Source: Azolla caroliniana (taxonomy: Eukaryota; Plantae; Polypodiophyta). Taken from it: DNA of 64,000 bases. Positions 11,785 to 24,922 of this stretch are shown piece after piece. Below the pieces are notes generated by a model, which saw only the letters and a list, made by a program, of their open reading frames with translations, did no database searches and had not been told where the DNA came from. The position numbers and the translations under genes are program-made. The number at the start of each line of letters is the position of its first letter. Position 1 is the stretch's first letter. The stretch spans positions 6,944,001 to 7,008,000 of the forward strand of contig JBHGNT010000002.1 of the NCBI GenBank assembly GCA_043228905.1, in the 5' to 3' direction.

Positions 11785-12677
11785 GAGTCCTCAAGGTTAT
11801 AATGTCACGACTGTCAACCGCCAACTTGAATTGATCGTATCCAGAGTAGAGATTGCCAATGGAGTAGATGGACCGGCCTACAAACGCCTCGGCAAAATCA
11901 TCCACACTCGGACCGATTCCAACATTCCGACCTATCACCTTGTTGATGGGTTGAAGATCTTGGATTAATCACAATGATCCATTCTTCTTCAACACCGTGA
12001 ACCACCTATTAGAGTAAGGAGCATTCGCCAGTTTCAGAATTCCCATATTCACCCCTCTCCTTTAAGAGCTCGATTAGCTTCGGTAGGTGTGCTCTCGAAA
12101 CCGGTATCGGTTTCAAATTCCAAGGCACATGCGGCACCGTGAAGATCACCATCGGTTCTATCGTCCTTGGATCAGCACACCTGATTTCCTGTAGGGAAAA
12201 TGCGAAAGCCTTCCCATGTCTTTCAAGCATTCCATAGAGCATTCACTCCTCTTCACGAAGGAGGAAATCCTCCCTTCCAACTCGTAGCTTTCCTTTTGTC
12301 TCTTCAATGCAGAAGTGACCTATTGTCTTCGGATCCCTCAATCTTGGATCGTTCGCAACTTCCTTCATCTTTTGCCAGCTATCTTCCAGCAGCGGAATTG
12401 CAACTGGCTTGATCTTCCTATCCTCCGTTTTATATTTTATGTTGACTTCAACTTCCTCCATCAAGATACCTCGATTATATTCATCGATGAAAGCGTACAC
12501 GTTGACAAAGTTAACTGAAATCACGTGTTGATCGCGAGGATAGCTCAAGTTCACGACTTCCTCGATTTCGCCGATGGTGTCGTTAAATGAAGCTTCTTCC
12601 AGAATATGAGTCACGAATTCTTCTTCTCCTATTATGCTTTCTTCTTTCAACACCTTCTCGAAGTCTTGTATCCGACG
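11785..12677 (-). pseudogene. gypsy pol linker and RT N-terminal fragment (Wa)
   Basis: KYKTEDRKIKPVA, PMVIFTVPHVPWNLKPIP, FAEAFVGRSIYSIGNLYSGYDQF; frameshifted. Confidence 0.88.
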
Positions 12678-13064
12678 AGTAAAGAATCGGGCATGATTCT
12701 TGTGAAGCGGAAGAGATGTGAGTTATGTGTGTGTATGAGAGAGAGAGTGAGAGAGAGAGACAAGGAGTAAGACACAGAGTATACGCAAGGTAGATTGTAT
12801 TAACAAAGGAGAAAGACTCAACTTATACAAGGTGGGAGGAGGGTGCTTTATATAGTCACCCACTCTCTTCATTAACTACAAGGCTCATGGAGCATGGGGA
12901 ATGTGAAAGCTCATAAGTTATGTGTCATAGAATATGATTCTATGACTCATACTAAATGCTAGAATACAAAGAGGTGACTTAATGGTGACTCTTGACCGTT
13001 GGAGTGTCTATTCACTCTCAAGGTGAGTTCACACACTAGACCAAGTTGAGCTTGATTCTCAACA
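12678..13064 (-). repeat. 3' LTR of copia B
   Basis: Near-identical to 23989-24375; terminal base mutated; preceded on the minus strand by PPT CTTGAGGGGGCG. Confidence 0.93.
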
Positions 13065-14443
13065 CGCCCCCTCAAGCTGAAGTCGGGTCGGTTTCAGACA
13101 ATATCCGAAATCCGCTTCAACTCATGTTCTGGAGTTCGCGTCGACTCGCGTCGATTCGCATTTATGCATAGTTGCGGAATCCATGCTCTAGCTTGCATTG
13201 TGCGTAGTTGCAAAGTCCGTGCTCCAGCTTGCGTTCTTGCGTAGTGTGCACGGCTTGCGGAATCCATGCGTTATTGCGTAATGTCTTCAGTACTCCCCCT
13301 CAAGCTTGGCAGGTCAGGGACCGTCAATCCAAGATCGGTCATGAATTGCCACAGCTTATCGACTCCTAAGGCTTTAGTGAAGATGTCGGCCGTTTGAAGA
13401 TTTGTGCTAATGTGTTGTAGGTCGACATCGCCAGCTAGAACGTGCTCTCGGATGAAGTGATAGTGCACTTCGATGTGCTTTGTTCGTGCGTGGAACACCG
13501 GGTTCCGAGCCAAATGAATACTGCTCATGTTGTCGCAGTAAAGGGGAGTTGGATCCTTGATGGGTACGCCCAGATCCTTGAGAATCCTTTTAAGCCATAC
13601 GGCTTCACATGCGACCACTGCCGCGCCCTTGTATTCCGCCTCCGTGCTCGAAAGAGCGACGGTTGGTTGCTTTTTGCTGCTCTAGGATATTGCTCCGCTG
13701 CCGAGGGAGAAAACAAATCTGGAGGTTGATCTTCTATCGGCTTTGTAGCCGGCCCAATCAGCGTCGGTGTACCCCTCGAGTCGTATTGGCATCGTGGTCT
13801 TGTAGAGGATGCCGTAATCCATTGTGTCACTCACGTATCGAAGAACTCGCTTAGCGCAATCCAAGTGAGTATCACGTGGTGTTTGCATGAATTGATAAAG
13901 GAGACCGACCGGATAACTGAGATCGGGACGAGTGATCGTGAGGTAGATGAGACTCCCGATGAGTTGCCGATACTAAGTCGGCTCACACGCTTTGGTGCCG
14001 GAGTTTGCATCTAGTTTGAGATTGCGATCGAGCGGGGTTGTCGTGGATTTGCACTCAGCCATGCCGAACTTGTATAACAAGTTGAGGATGTAGTGCCATT
14101 GAGAGATCATGATTCCGGCCGGAGTTCAAATTACCTCAATGCCGAGGAAGTAGTGGAGCTCCTTCATGTCCATCATCTCGAACTTGTCGGAAAGGAGGGA
14201 TTTGACCTTATTGATTTTGACGAGATGCTCACCTCCACATATAGGATGATGATGATCGGCCTTGCGGAATCGCTTCGTATGTAGAGGGAGTTGTCCGATT
14301 TTGACATCGGGAAGCCGATTTGATGAAGATATTGCGTTATCTTCGAATGCCAAGCACGCGGTGCTTGCTTGAGGCCGTAGAGTGGCTTCTTGAGTCGGCA
14401 TACAACTTTCGGATGGGTGCTCGAGTTGAAGCCGGGTGGTTGT

Positions 14444-15266
14444 TGTTAGGAAACAGGTCCCTCCGGATGGAAAGTAAGAAGAACAATGTGGATGAGTAAC
14501 TCGGCCGAGGCCGAAACCGGATGACGAGTACCTGGCAACGGAAGACCCGGTGAGAATCGGATTGGGAGTACCCGGCAACGGAAGACCCGGTGAGAACCGG
14601 ATGACGAGTACTCGGTAACGGAAGACCCGGTGAGAACCGGATGATGAGTACCCGGCAACGGAAGACCCGGTGAGAACCGGATGTGGAGTACCCAGCAACG
14701 GAAGACCTGGTGAGAACCGGATGACGAGTACTCGGCAAGGAAGACTTGGTGAGAACCGCATGTTGGAGGCCCGGTGAGAACCTATCATCGGATGGAAGGG
14801 ACATATATGTATATATGTTCCAGAGAGCCAACTAGGGCTATATTTGTAAATAGCCCGAAAGTCATATTAGTATAAATATGACCTAGGGCAATCTTAATAG
14901 GATGATGTAGAGCTAGTTGTATTATTATCATTGTTGCGATAATTCAGAGCGTAACTGTGTGTACCGAGAAGAGAGAGAGAGAGAGAAAGAGGTTGTTGCC
15001 TCTGTTGTAACCGCCTGGTGGCGAAGCGAGGGAGCAAGAGGTCGTTGCCTCTGTGCCCCATTGTTGTAATCTTGATATAGTGATATTTTGCAGACTGAGG
15101 GCTGCCGTGGTTTTTTCCCTGATTTGGGTTTTCCACGTTAACATCCAGTGTACTCTCTTCTTTATTGTTTCGTGTGTAGATACATCTCACCACATCCCTA
15201 TTTTCTGTGCTTGATCCGACGTCTCGGTTGTGGCCGAGGATAGCTTAGGAAACCGTATTCCTTTCA
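14444..15266 (+). repeat. 5' LTR of copia C (823 bp)
   Basis: TG...CA, followed by AAC and the PBS. Confidence 0.92.
14521..14759 (+). repeat. Tandem array of six ~40-bp units in the LTR
   Basis: Unit ATGACGAGTACCCGGCAACGGAAGACCCGGTGAGAACCGG. Confidence 0.92.
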
Positions 15267-15269
15267 AAC

Positions 15270-15281
15270 TGGTATCAGAGC
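15270..15281 (+). promoter_or_regulatory. PBS, tRNA-iMet (copia C)
   Basis: TGGTATCAGAGC. Confidence 0.95.
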
Positions 15282-15297
15282 GAAACGACACAAAAAA

Positions 15298-18200
15298 ATG
15301 GACGATTCGTTGGGAGGCATGTTCAAGCTCACCGGCTCCAACTATTCAGTGTGGAAGTCAAAGATGAGGGACATGCTCGTGGTTAAAGATCTTTGGTTGC
15401 CAATTCAGTTTGGGGACAAGAGACCGGACAAAATCGATGCCACGATATGGGAGGTGATGCACATGAAGACAACGGCGTACATACGGTGCTTCATCGACAT
15501 GAGTCTATACAACAACTTCAATGAAGAGAGCAAGGCTCATGAGCTCTGGGAGAAGATCGGCATTATGTTTCAGAACAAAAATGTTGTCAATCAGGTTTCG
15601 GTATTTTGGAAGCTAGTAAGACTCCGGTACCAAGATGGCTCCAGCCTGGCGAAGCACATGAATGCCTTCCAGGGGCTGATACACCAGGCAACATCATTAG
15701 AAGTACCTCTCGCCAATGAGGTACTAGCACTACTCCTGCTCGGTTCCCTTCCAGATAGCTGGGAGACGTTGGTCGTCAGTTTGGGCAATGCCGGGCCGGA
15801 AGGGAAACGGTTATCCCTAGCAAGAGTGAAGTCGAGCCTGCTAAATGAGGAGGTGTATCAGAGAGATAAGGATACGAGCTCCGACTCCAAAGTGCTCTTT
15901 ACCGAATCGTAACGCGGAAGACAAAGGAACCGTAGTCCCCAAAACCGGGAGAAGTCAGGGACACGGTCAAAGTCAAGGGGGAGGCCTACCTGCTTCTATT
16001 GCGGTAAGCTGGGACACTTCCAGAAGAACTGTCGACACTTCGGAGAAGACAAGGAAACCGATGGTACCGATTCGAAACGGACACCGGACCGGAACGGTAA
16101 AGACCGGAGGGGAATGGACCGGAAGGGTACGACGGCAATCGCGGCAAGTGAAGAAGAGTTGATCCTCATCACCGAGGAGAGTGAGTTGAACCTTGCCGGC
16201 GATGAGACAATGTGGGTTGTTGATTCCGGAGCGTCGTTCCACCTTACCCCGGACCATAAATACTTCTCATCCTACACAACCGGTGATCACGGTTGTGTCC
16301 GGATGGGGAATGAAGGTACATGCCGAATTGTTGGCATAGGAGATGTGTGGTTGACAACACCAACCGGATGAAAGCTGTTGCTAAAGGATGTCCGACACGT
16401 TTCGGAGGTTCGACTGAACCTGATATCAGCCGGTCGGCTAGATGATGAAGACTACACGGGTAGCATCCGGAACGGAGTCATGAAATTCAGTAAAGGGAGC
16501 CTGATAGTGGCTCGGGCCTGGAAGGTCAACACATTGTACCTGATGAATGCCCGCTTATGCCCGGAAGAAGTGAATGTGGCTTCCGACACTGCCGGTGAGC
16601 TATGGCACAAGAGATTGTGTCACATGAGCGAGAAGGGGATGAAGAGGCTTGCAGACGACAACCTCATTCCCGTGAAGAACGTGCACTTGGAGAAGTGCAC
16701 TGATTGTCTGGCCGGTAAACAAAACCGGACCTCCTTCCGATCGAGGCCACCGATGAGACATAATGCACCATTGGAGTTGGTGCATACTGATGTGTGTCAA
16801 GTGGACACAAAGTCACATGCCGGATCAGAGTACTTCGTGACATTCATAGATGACCACAACCGGAAGCTGTGGGCCACACCGTTGAAGGCGAAGGATAAGG
16901 TGCTATCCGTCTTCAAAGAGCTCCATGCGAGAGTGGAAAGAGAAACCAGCCGGAAATTGAAGGTGGTTCGAGCAGATAATGGAGGTGAATACCGGGGGTA
17001 GTTCGAGGAGTACTGTCGCTCGAAGGGAATCCGTCTCGAATTTACCGTGCTGAAGACGCCGGAACTAAACGAGCTGCCCGAGAGGATGAACCGGACCATA
17101 ATGGAGAGGGTCCGGAGTATGTTGGCGCATGCAAAATTACCCAAGACTTTTTGGGCTGAGGCGCTGTCGACAACGACGTATGTGATAAACAGATCACCCT
17201 CAATTCCCTTGGATGGAGACACGCCGCAGAAGGCGTGGACCGGTAAGGAAGTGTCCTACCGGCATCTAAAGGTGTTCGAGTGTCTCGCGTACGTGCCTGT
17301 TGCTAAGGACTGGAGAGGAAAGTTGGATCCAAAGACCCGGCCATGCATATTCCTCGGATACGACGATGATGAGTTCGGCTACTGAGTGTGGGATCCGGTT
17401 GACAAGAAGGCTTTCCGGAGCTGAGATATTATCTTCATGGAGGACAAGACTCTTGCCGATTGGGAGTCGGAGAAGAAGATAATGAACTCCGATGAGATTA
17501 AGACCCACCCGGCTAAGAGCCGCTTGACACTCGAGGAACCAGCCGGTTACGGTGAGGATACCGAACCGACAGAAGAAGAAGTAGAGGAAGCTGAAATCGG
17601 AACCGGCCAAGACCCCGAATCGGATTCGGATGAAGAACGAATAGTGGAGCCAGTTGCCGAAGGCCAAAGATGGAGATATCCTCTCAGAGAGAGAAGGGCT
17701 CCTCGGAGATTTCCGGATGCAGAGTATGTATTGCTGACCGATGAGGGAGAGCCGGAAAGCTTCGAAGAAGCGAAGGATGACACCCACATCCACAAATGGT
17801 TAAGTGCCATGCAGGATGAGATGGATTCCCTGCATGAGAACCATACGTACGAATTGGTGGAGTTGCCGAAAGAAAAGCGGGCACTCCGAAATAAGTGGGT
17901 GTACAAGTTGAAACTGGGAGATGCCGGCAAACCCCCGAGATACAAAGTCAGGATCGTGGTGAAGGGGTTCCACTAGAAGAAGGGTGTGGACTTCGACGAG
18001 ATATTTGCCCCGGTAGTAAAGATGACTTCCATCCGAATGGTGTTGAGTATAGCGTCAAGCATGGACCTCGAGGTAGAGTAGCTGGACGTGAAGACGACAT
18101 TCCTTCATGGTGACCTTGAAGAGGAGATCTACATGCAGCAATCAAAAGGATTCGTGGAGAAAGGGAAGGAGCACCTGGTTTGCCGGTTGAAGAAGAGCCT

Positions 18201-19320
18201 ATACGGACTGAAGCAGGCTCCCCGACAATGGAACCGGAAGTTTGACTCCTTCATGATTGACCAAGGGTATCACAAAACGCAAACCGTTCACTGCGTGTTT
18301 GTAAAGAAGTTCGAAGGAGGCGACTTCCTGATACTCCTTCTGTACGTGGACGACATGTTGATTGTCGGACGGGACCAAGCCAAAATACGGATGCTGAAGA
18401 AGGCTCTCAATTGAACCTTCGCAATGAAAGACTTGGGCCCGGCAAGATAGATACTGGGGATGCACATCATCCGGGACCGGTCAAAGAAGCAATTGTGGTT
18501 GTCACAGGAGAAATACGTGACAAAGGTGCTTCAACGGTTCAACATGTTAGAAGCGAAACCGGTTGGATCGACACTCCTGATAAACTGCAGATTATCCGGT
18601 AAGCAAAGCCCAAAGACGAAAGCAGAGAAGGCAGATATGATGAAGGTTCCATATGCCTCTGCCGTCGGGAGCTTAATGTACGCAATGGTGTGTACTCGAC
18701 CGGATATTGGATACGCAGTTGGAGTGGTGAGCCGGTTTATGAGCAATCCCGGCAAGGAGCACTGGAACGCGGTCAAATGGATACTTCGGTACTTGAAGGG
18801 CACTTCGAATATGTGTCTCCGATTCGGCTCCAGTAAACCTCAACTTGACGGTTTTACTGATTCAAACATGTCGGTTGATGTGGATACCAGCCGATCTACA
18901 TCCGGGTATGTAATGACATATGCAGGGGGAGCCGTTTCGTGGCAGTCGAGGCTGCAAAAGAGGGTTGCGTTGTCAACCACGGAGGCGGAGTACATGGCAG
19001 CTGTGGAAGCCGGCAAGGAAATACTATGGATGAAGGACTTCATCGGAGAGCTCAGTATCCGGCAAGATGAATACCGGCTCTATTGCGACAGTCAAAGTGC
19101 CATCCACCTTGCTAATAATGCAACGTACCATTCCAAGACGAAGCACATCCAGTGTAGGTATCACTGGATCTGGGAGCAAGTAGAAGATCGAGAGTTCGCA
19201 CTGATGAAGATCCACACGGCCGAGAACGGGTCAGATATGCTGACCAAAGTACTGATACCCGACAAGCTGGATGCATGTCGGAAGCGGATCGGACTACTAG
19301 GACATCCCATGCCGGAGTCA
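15298..19320 (+). pseudogene. copia gag-pol pseudogene (element C)
   Basis: Collinear with the intact 1357-aa ORF of D; WVVDSGAS, LWHKRLCH, HTDVC, LYVDD; in-frame stops and frameshifts. Confidence 0.95.
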
Positions 19321-19330
19321 TGCCGGAGTT

Positions 19331-19947
19331 TGTTAGGAAATAGGTCCCTCCGGATGGGAAGTAAGAAGAACAATGTGGATGAGTAACTCGGCCGAGGCCG
19401 AAACCGGATGACGAGTACCCGGCAAGGAAGACCCGGTGAGAAACGGATGTTGGAGTCCCGGTGAGAACCTCTCATTGGATGGAAGGGACATATATGTAAA
19501 TATGTTCCAGAGAGCCCACTAGGGCTATATTTGTAAATAGCCCGAAAGTCATATTAGTATAAATATGACCTAGGGCAATCTTAATAGGATGATGTAGAAT
19601 TGGTTGTATTATTATCGTTGCTACGATAATTCAGAGCGTAACTGTGTGTACAGAGAAGAGAGAGAGAGAGAGAGAGAGGAAGAGGTTGTTGCCTCTGTTG
19701 TAACCGCCTGGTGGCGAAGCGAGGGAGCAAGAGGTCGTTGCCTTTATGCCCCATTGTTGTAATCTTGATATAGTGATATTTTGCAGTCTGAGGGCTGCCG
19801 TGGTTTTTTCCTTGATTTGGGTTTTCCACGTTAACATCCAGTGTAGTCTCTTCTTTACTATTTCATGTGTAGATACATCTCACCACATCCTTGTTTTCTG
19901 TGCTTGATCCGACGTCTCGGTTGTGGCCGAGCATAGCTTAGGAAACC
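19331..19947 (+). repeat. 3' LTR of copia C (3'-truncated, one repeat unit)
   Basis: Matches 14444-15254 apart from five missing 40-bp units. Confidence 0.92.
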
Positions 19948-22791
19948 ACCTTTCGTTACGAGTCGCGCTTTGTAGCGGTTGACAGAACTGTCAGCGTTGT
20001 ACTTCACTTTGTAAATCCATCTGCATCCAATCGCCTTTTTGTGTGGTGAGGTGGGAATGAGATCCCATGTCTCGTTCTTGCATAGTGCCTGCATCTCCTC
20101 GTTCATGGCTTCGATCCATCGCGGATCCTTGGCTGTTTCGGAAAAGATTTCCAGCTCCCGTACTATTGCTACCTTCATCGTAAAGGCGTAATGGTACGCC
20201 ATATAATCGTTGTAGCCGAATCGGCTTACAGGGTTCTTTTCACGAGTGGATCGATGGAGCTTTTCATTTGTAGAGATGAGGGCTTTCTTAGCTCCGATTG
20301 GTACATCGAAGCCGCCGAAATCACTGTCGAGTGAGTGAGGCAATACATCGTCGTCGAAGAGATCGTCTTCATATTCCGCCATTTTCGCCTTGCCTTTGTC
20401 CATCTTCGGGCTAGGCTGTGATGTGCTTTGATCGCTCAAAGGCTCTTGTGGTCCGCTCAATTGGGTCGTGATCGGACTTTCTTCGAACATGCGCGTAAGG
20501 TGATCTTCATCTTCTATCTCTTGTTCGGCGAATTCCAGGTCGAGCGGAGTCGGAGTCAGAGTTGTCTCTGGTGCGTACCAGGATGCGAACTTGTAAAAAA
20601 CGACATCTCAACTTACTCGAGATATTCGAGTTGAGGGGTTGTAGCACTTGTACCCCTTTTCCTCCAGTGAGTATCCTACGAGGATACATTTCTTCGACTT
20701 CGGGTCAAGCTTTTTACGCTTCTCGTCGGGAATGTGAACGTACGCTATCGCGCCGAATATCTGGATGTGTGATAAGTCTGGCTTCTTTCCGAAGTATTTT
20801 TCATGCGGAGTGATCTCGTGCACGCCGGACGTTGTGCACCGGTTCTTTAGGTAGACGGCCGTATTTGTAGCTTCGGCCCAATAAGACTTGGGCATATGTT
20901 TCTCGTTCATCATGACCCGTGCTACTTCGAGGATGTGCTGATTTTTGCGCTCAGCTACGCCATTTTGTTGCGGAGTGTGTTGGCAAGTGAATTCTCGCTG
21001 AATTCCTTCCTTTCGGAGATACGCCGTGAAATCGTCCGAGAAGTACTCCTTGCCGCCATTCGATCGAAGGTATCGTACATGTCGGCCCATGGCTTTCTCG
21101 ACTTCATTCTTGAATTTTTGGAAGTGTCCGAACACTTCGCTCTTTTGCCGCATCGGTTAGATCCAAGTGTGCCTAGAGAAGTCGTCGATGAAGAGCACGT
21201 AATATCGGCATCCGCCGAATGTAGCCATTTGCGCCGGTCCCCATACATCGGAATGGACTACGTCGAGTAGACCTTTGCTCACGTTCCGCTCTTTCGGGAA
21301 TGGGTGTCGGTGTTGCTTGCCGAATTGGCACGCTTCGCATACACCTTCAATCTCCTTCTCTTTGAATGTCGGAAGTCCGATGACGACTCCTTTCGATTTG
21401 ATTGCTTTGAGTTTGTTGAGATTGATGTGGCCAATTTGCTTGTGCCATAGCTCTATGTTGGAGTCGGCTTTCATGCCCTTTGCGAACATGGTCGATTTCA
21501 TCTCGTGTGAGTCGAGAATGAACATTCGGCCCACTCTTCGTCTGCGCGCGATGATTTGTCCCTCTTTTTTGATGAAGCACCCTTCTTGGTCGAATCGTAC
21601 TTGCATCCCTTGCTCAACCATTTGGCTGACCGAGACCAAATTCTTCGTGATGGTGGGAGCATGCAAGACATTTTTAATGTATGTTTACTTACCTCTTTCG
21701 CCGAACGGAACATTGCCAATGTGCCGAATCGGGTGCGTAGTATCATCTCCGGTTTCGACATATCCGGGTCGCTCCGGCTCTCGAAGTTCGAGAAACCATT
21801 CTTTATGAGATGTCATATGGTTTGAGGCTCCAGAGTCGACAAACCATACATCCTCCAGATTGAGAGCACTAGTTGAGGCAGAGGCCGACATAGAGTTTAC
21901 TCTATGTTCATCATGAACATTCCGCCACAGTCGGAGTTGTGTGCGTACATTCTGCCACGATCTTCGTAGTCGGAGTTGTGCCCGTACATTCCGCTATACT
22001 CTTCGTAGTCGGAATTGTGCGCGTAATTCATGAGTTGTTGGCTTGTGGAAGCCGATTCACGCATCTTCTTTCGACACTCTTCTTCGTGGTGGCCGAGCTT
22101 TCCGCAATATCCGCATTCGGTTGCGTTTTGACGGCTCGGCCCGGAGTGGAAGCTCCCCCTTCTTGTGAAGGTTCCTTGTTGGATTCCGTTTTGCGGCTGA
22201 AATTGGGAGTTGTTGTCGTAGGTCAGCCCTCCTCCGCCTTGTCCTTGGCCGAATCGGACTCTCGCTCGTCTGTGTCCTCTTCCTTCGTTCGAGTGCGTGT
22301 AAAGCATGTGTCCTTCTGACTCATTACTCCTTCTACACACGTGGTTTTCTTCGAACAATAGCATTGATTGGAGCTTGAAGAAGGAGGGAGGTTTCTCCCG
22401 TGCTAGAACGACGGTTCGCATCGCGCCGAACTGTGGTGCGAGGCCGCCGAGGCATATTTGAACCATCTCATCATCATCGATATTTACGCTTATTGAGCCG
22501 AGCGAATCGCAAAGCTCCTTGATCTTCGAGGTGTATATTGTGATGGACATGTCCCTTTGTTGAATGTTGTTCAACTCTTGGCGGAGTTAAAGCCTTCTTG
22601 CAGTTGTGTTCGCCGCGAAAATCTTTCGTAGATTTTCCCATGCCTCGTTTGGCGTCTTGGCTTCGCGGATGTAGCTGAGCATGTGATCGTGAACACATGT
22701 CACCAAGCAATACATCACGCGGCTTGCGGCTTGCGGCTTGCTCCCATGTCGCATATCCGGGAGCCGCTTCGGCGGGTCAGTCTTCATGCGT

Positions 22792-23699
22792 TGTCGTGAT
22801 GTTTTCAACACATAGTGTGAAACCACCACAAAAAAAGAATAAAGTAGTAGTTGAAATAAACTAATATTGTGAAGTCAACTTTTGTAATAAATGATGAAAA
22901 GATAAGAAGGTAGAAGCGAATTTTCAAAAGTAGAAAAAAATAGAAAAAGTAAAAAAAAAAAAAAAAAACGCAAGGCGTGGAATTGAGGAGAAAGGTAGAG
23001 ACAAAAGCTCATAATTTCCTCATCCGATGTCCAAATTAGACAAGAAAACATTTATAAGAAAGCTAACTCAAAGGGATTTCTAAAAATAGCTTTCATGTCT
23101 AATTTGGACTTACAAAAATAAGATAATGACATAAATAAAACGCAACTAATATAGACAAGCTTTTTTTTAGGAGAAAAATAAAGCAAACCATAGTAAACCT
23201 ATAAATAAGAGCTTATTTTAAGAAGAAGAGATAGACAAGGATTGAATAAGAAAAGATTTATATATCCTCTCTCAATTTTTATTTTATTTTCCTTCTTAAC
23301 TCCCTTATCTTATCGAAGCCATGACACTCAAAAACCCTAAATTTCCCTACGGAAGCCATACCTCTCATAAATCATAATTTTCCTTACGGAAGCCATATCT
23401 CTCATAAACCCTAATTTCCTTACGGAAGCCATATCTCTCCTAAACCCTAATTTTCCCTACGGAAGCCATATCTCTCAAAACCCCTAAATTTTCTTTTCTA
23501 TTAATCTTAGTAAACCTAAACTTCTGAATCCCAGTCTTGGGACATATTGTAAATTTTCTCTTTCTTTACTAATAAGATTGATCAAACTTTGTCATATTGA
23601 TTAATTCTTAATAAAAAAACGCACGAATTTGATATCCTTTGGTTGGAGGCCCTGGGGTCCTGCCTCAAGTTCACGTATCCTCGTCGTATTTTCGCAACA
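22792..23699 (+). repeat. Old AT-rich solo LTR, gypsy group W type
   Basis: TGTCGTG...CGCAACA; interrupts gag of B at GCGC (degenerate TSD GCGT/TCGC); start resembles the 2564 element. Confidence 0.68.
23326..23490 (+). repeat. Tandem ~36-37 bp repeat, about 4.5 units, containing AAACCCTAA
   Basis: Unit AAACCCTAATTTCCYTACGGAAGCCATATCTCTCAT. Confidence 0.88.
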
Positions 23700-23976
23700 T
23701 CGCTCCTTTGATGTAGCTCCAATAGCCTTGTCCGACAAGGTATTGGTGCATCTTGTATTCCCAAGATGCGAAGTTGTTTCGATCCAACTTCTCAGTAGGG
23801 AGAGCACTCCCCGTTTGAGTCTTCATTATGTCGATTCTTCTTCTTCTTCTTCTTCTCTCTTCAAATGCGAGCTATGTAGCGAAGCTACGATAGTGATGAG
23901 CCGGTTCTTGGTCGTCGGCGTGGAGCACAACACACGATCACGACGAGGCGAATGGGCTAGATTGAGCTACCAAATC

Positions 23977-23988
23977 GCTCTGATACAA
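23977..23988 (-). promoter_or_regulatory. PBS, tRNA-iMet (copia B), mutated
   Basis: TTGTATCAGAGC on the minus strand adjoining the LTR. Confidence 0.85.
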
Positions 23989-24375
23989 TGTAAAGAATCG
24001 GGTATGATTCTTGTGAAGCGGAAGAGATGTGAGTTATGTGTGTGTATGAGAGAGAGAGAGAGTGAGAGAGACAAGGAGTAAGACACAGAGTATACGCAAG
24101 GTAGATTGTATTAACAAAGGAGAAAGACTCAACTTATACAAGGTGGGAGGAGGGTGCTTTATATAGTCACCCTCTCTCTTCATTAACTACAAGGCTCATG
24201 GAGCATGGGGAATGTGAAAGTTCATAAGTTATGTGTCATAGAATATGATTCTATGACTCATACTTAATGCTAGAATACAAAGAGGTGACTTAATGGCGAC
24301 TCTTGACCGTTGGAGTGTCTATTCACTCTCAAGGTGAGTTCACACACTAGAACAAGTTGAGCTTGATTCTCAACA
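23989..24375 (-). repeat. 5' LTR of copia B
   Basis: TGTTGAGAATC...TTTACA on the minus strand. Confidence 0.94.
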
Positions 24376-24523
24376 CGATGCTTGTCCTTGTTGAGTAGTG
24401 TTATTTTACATGTGCCACTAGGTGTGGCGCATGTTGCTTCTCCTTGAAATCCACGCGCTCTGTTTCCTTGCGGGGACTCATGATTGCTCGTACTATTTGT
24501 GCCCCACGCTCCAATAGTCTGCT

Positions 24524-24922
24524 TTAAAAATCTAAGGATTCGCCTCCAAGCCTATCTCGGTTCCTTTTGTGATTAGCTCGCACTGTGAGGAATTGAACAG
24601 ATATTTGGCTATCAAAACTCTTGACTCCCGCGAAGGTTGCTCCATTATCGAACACCTTGGTCTCCATCCGGGACGATGTGATAGACGGTTGTCCTAGGAT
24701 GACATGATGCGAAGCTGAGTCTTGCACGAAGAAGTGTTGATCAATCTCCATATCCCCGATCGTGACTTTAACATTGGGGCAAGCTCTATACAAGTCCTTT
24801 GTGGCCTTCGACACTGCTTGAATCTTCCATCCGTGGTTCGTATTAACAGGCCATCTTCCTTTCTTGTAGAACTCGGTTGACATGAGGTTGATCTCCGAGC
24901 CATGGTCAATCAAGGCTACCAC
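24524..24922 (-). pseudogene. gypsy aspartic protease fragment (Wa)
   Basis: ALIDHGSEINLM and VILGQP motifs; ~160-bp tandem duplication just upstream (24950-25225). Confidence 0.85.

Larger units (their letters stand above)
14444..19947 (+). mobile_element. Ty1/copia element C (family 2, Tnt1-like), decayed
   Basis: LTRs start TGTTAGGAAA at 14444 and 19331; Met PBS; all domains with many stops; right end removed by a deletion that also takes host RT sequence, so no TSD. Confidence 0.94.
13271..23826 (-). pseudogene. copia gag-pol pseudogene (element B)
   Basis: CGYCGKLGHHEEEC, WFVDSGASNHM, LWHKQIGH, HSDVWGP, YTDADWAG, HARTKHIEVHYHF; interrupted at 14444-19947 and 22792-23699. Confidence 0.93.
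12678..24375 (-). mobile_element. Ty1/copia element B (family 1), full length but decayed; hosts element C and a solo LTR
   Basis: 387-bp LTRs at both ends; TSD CGACG/CGATG; Met PBS; PPT at 13065-13076; homologous to A throughout. Confidence 0.95.

Noticed and set aside
14521-14759. CRISPR-like array
   Set aside because: Head-to-tail units with no unique spacers, inside a eukaryotic LTR, no cas genes.
23326-23490. Interstitial telomere array
   Set aside because: Single heptamer-like motifs spaced ~36 bp apart, not tandem TTTAGGG.
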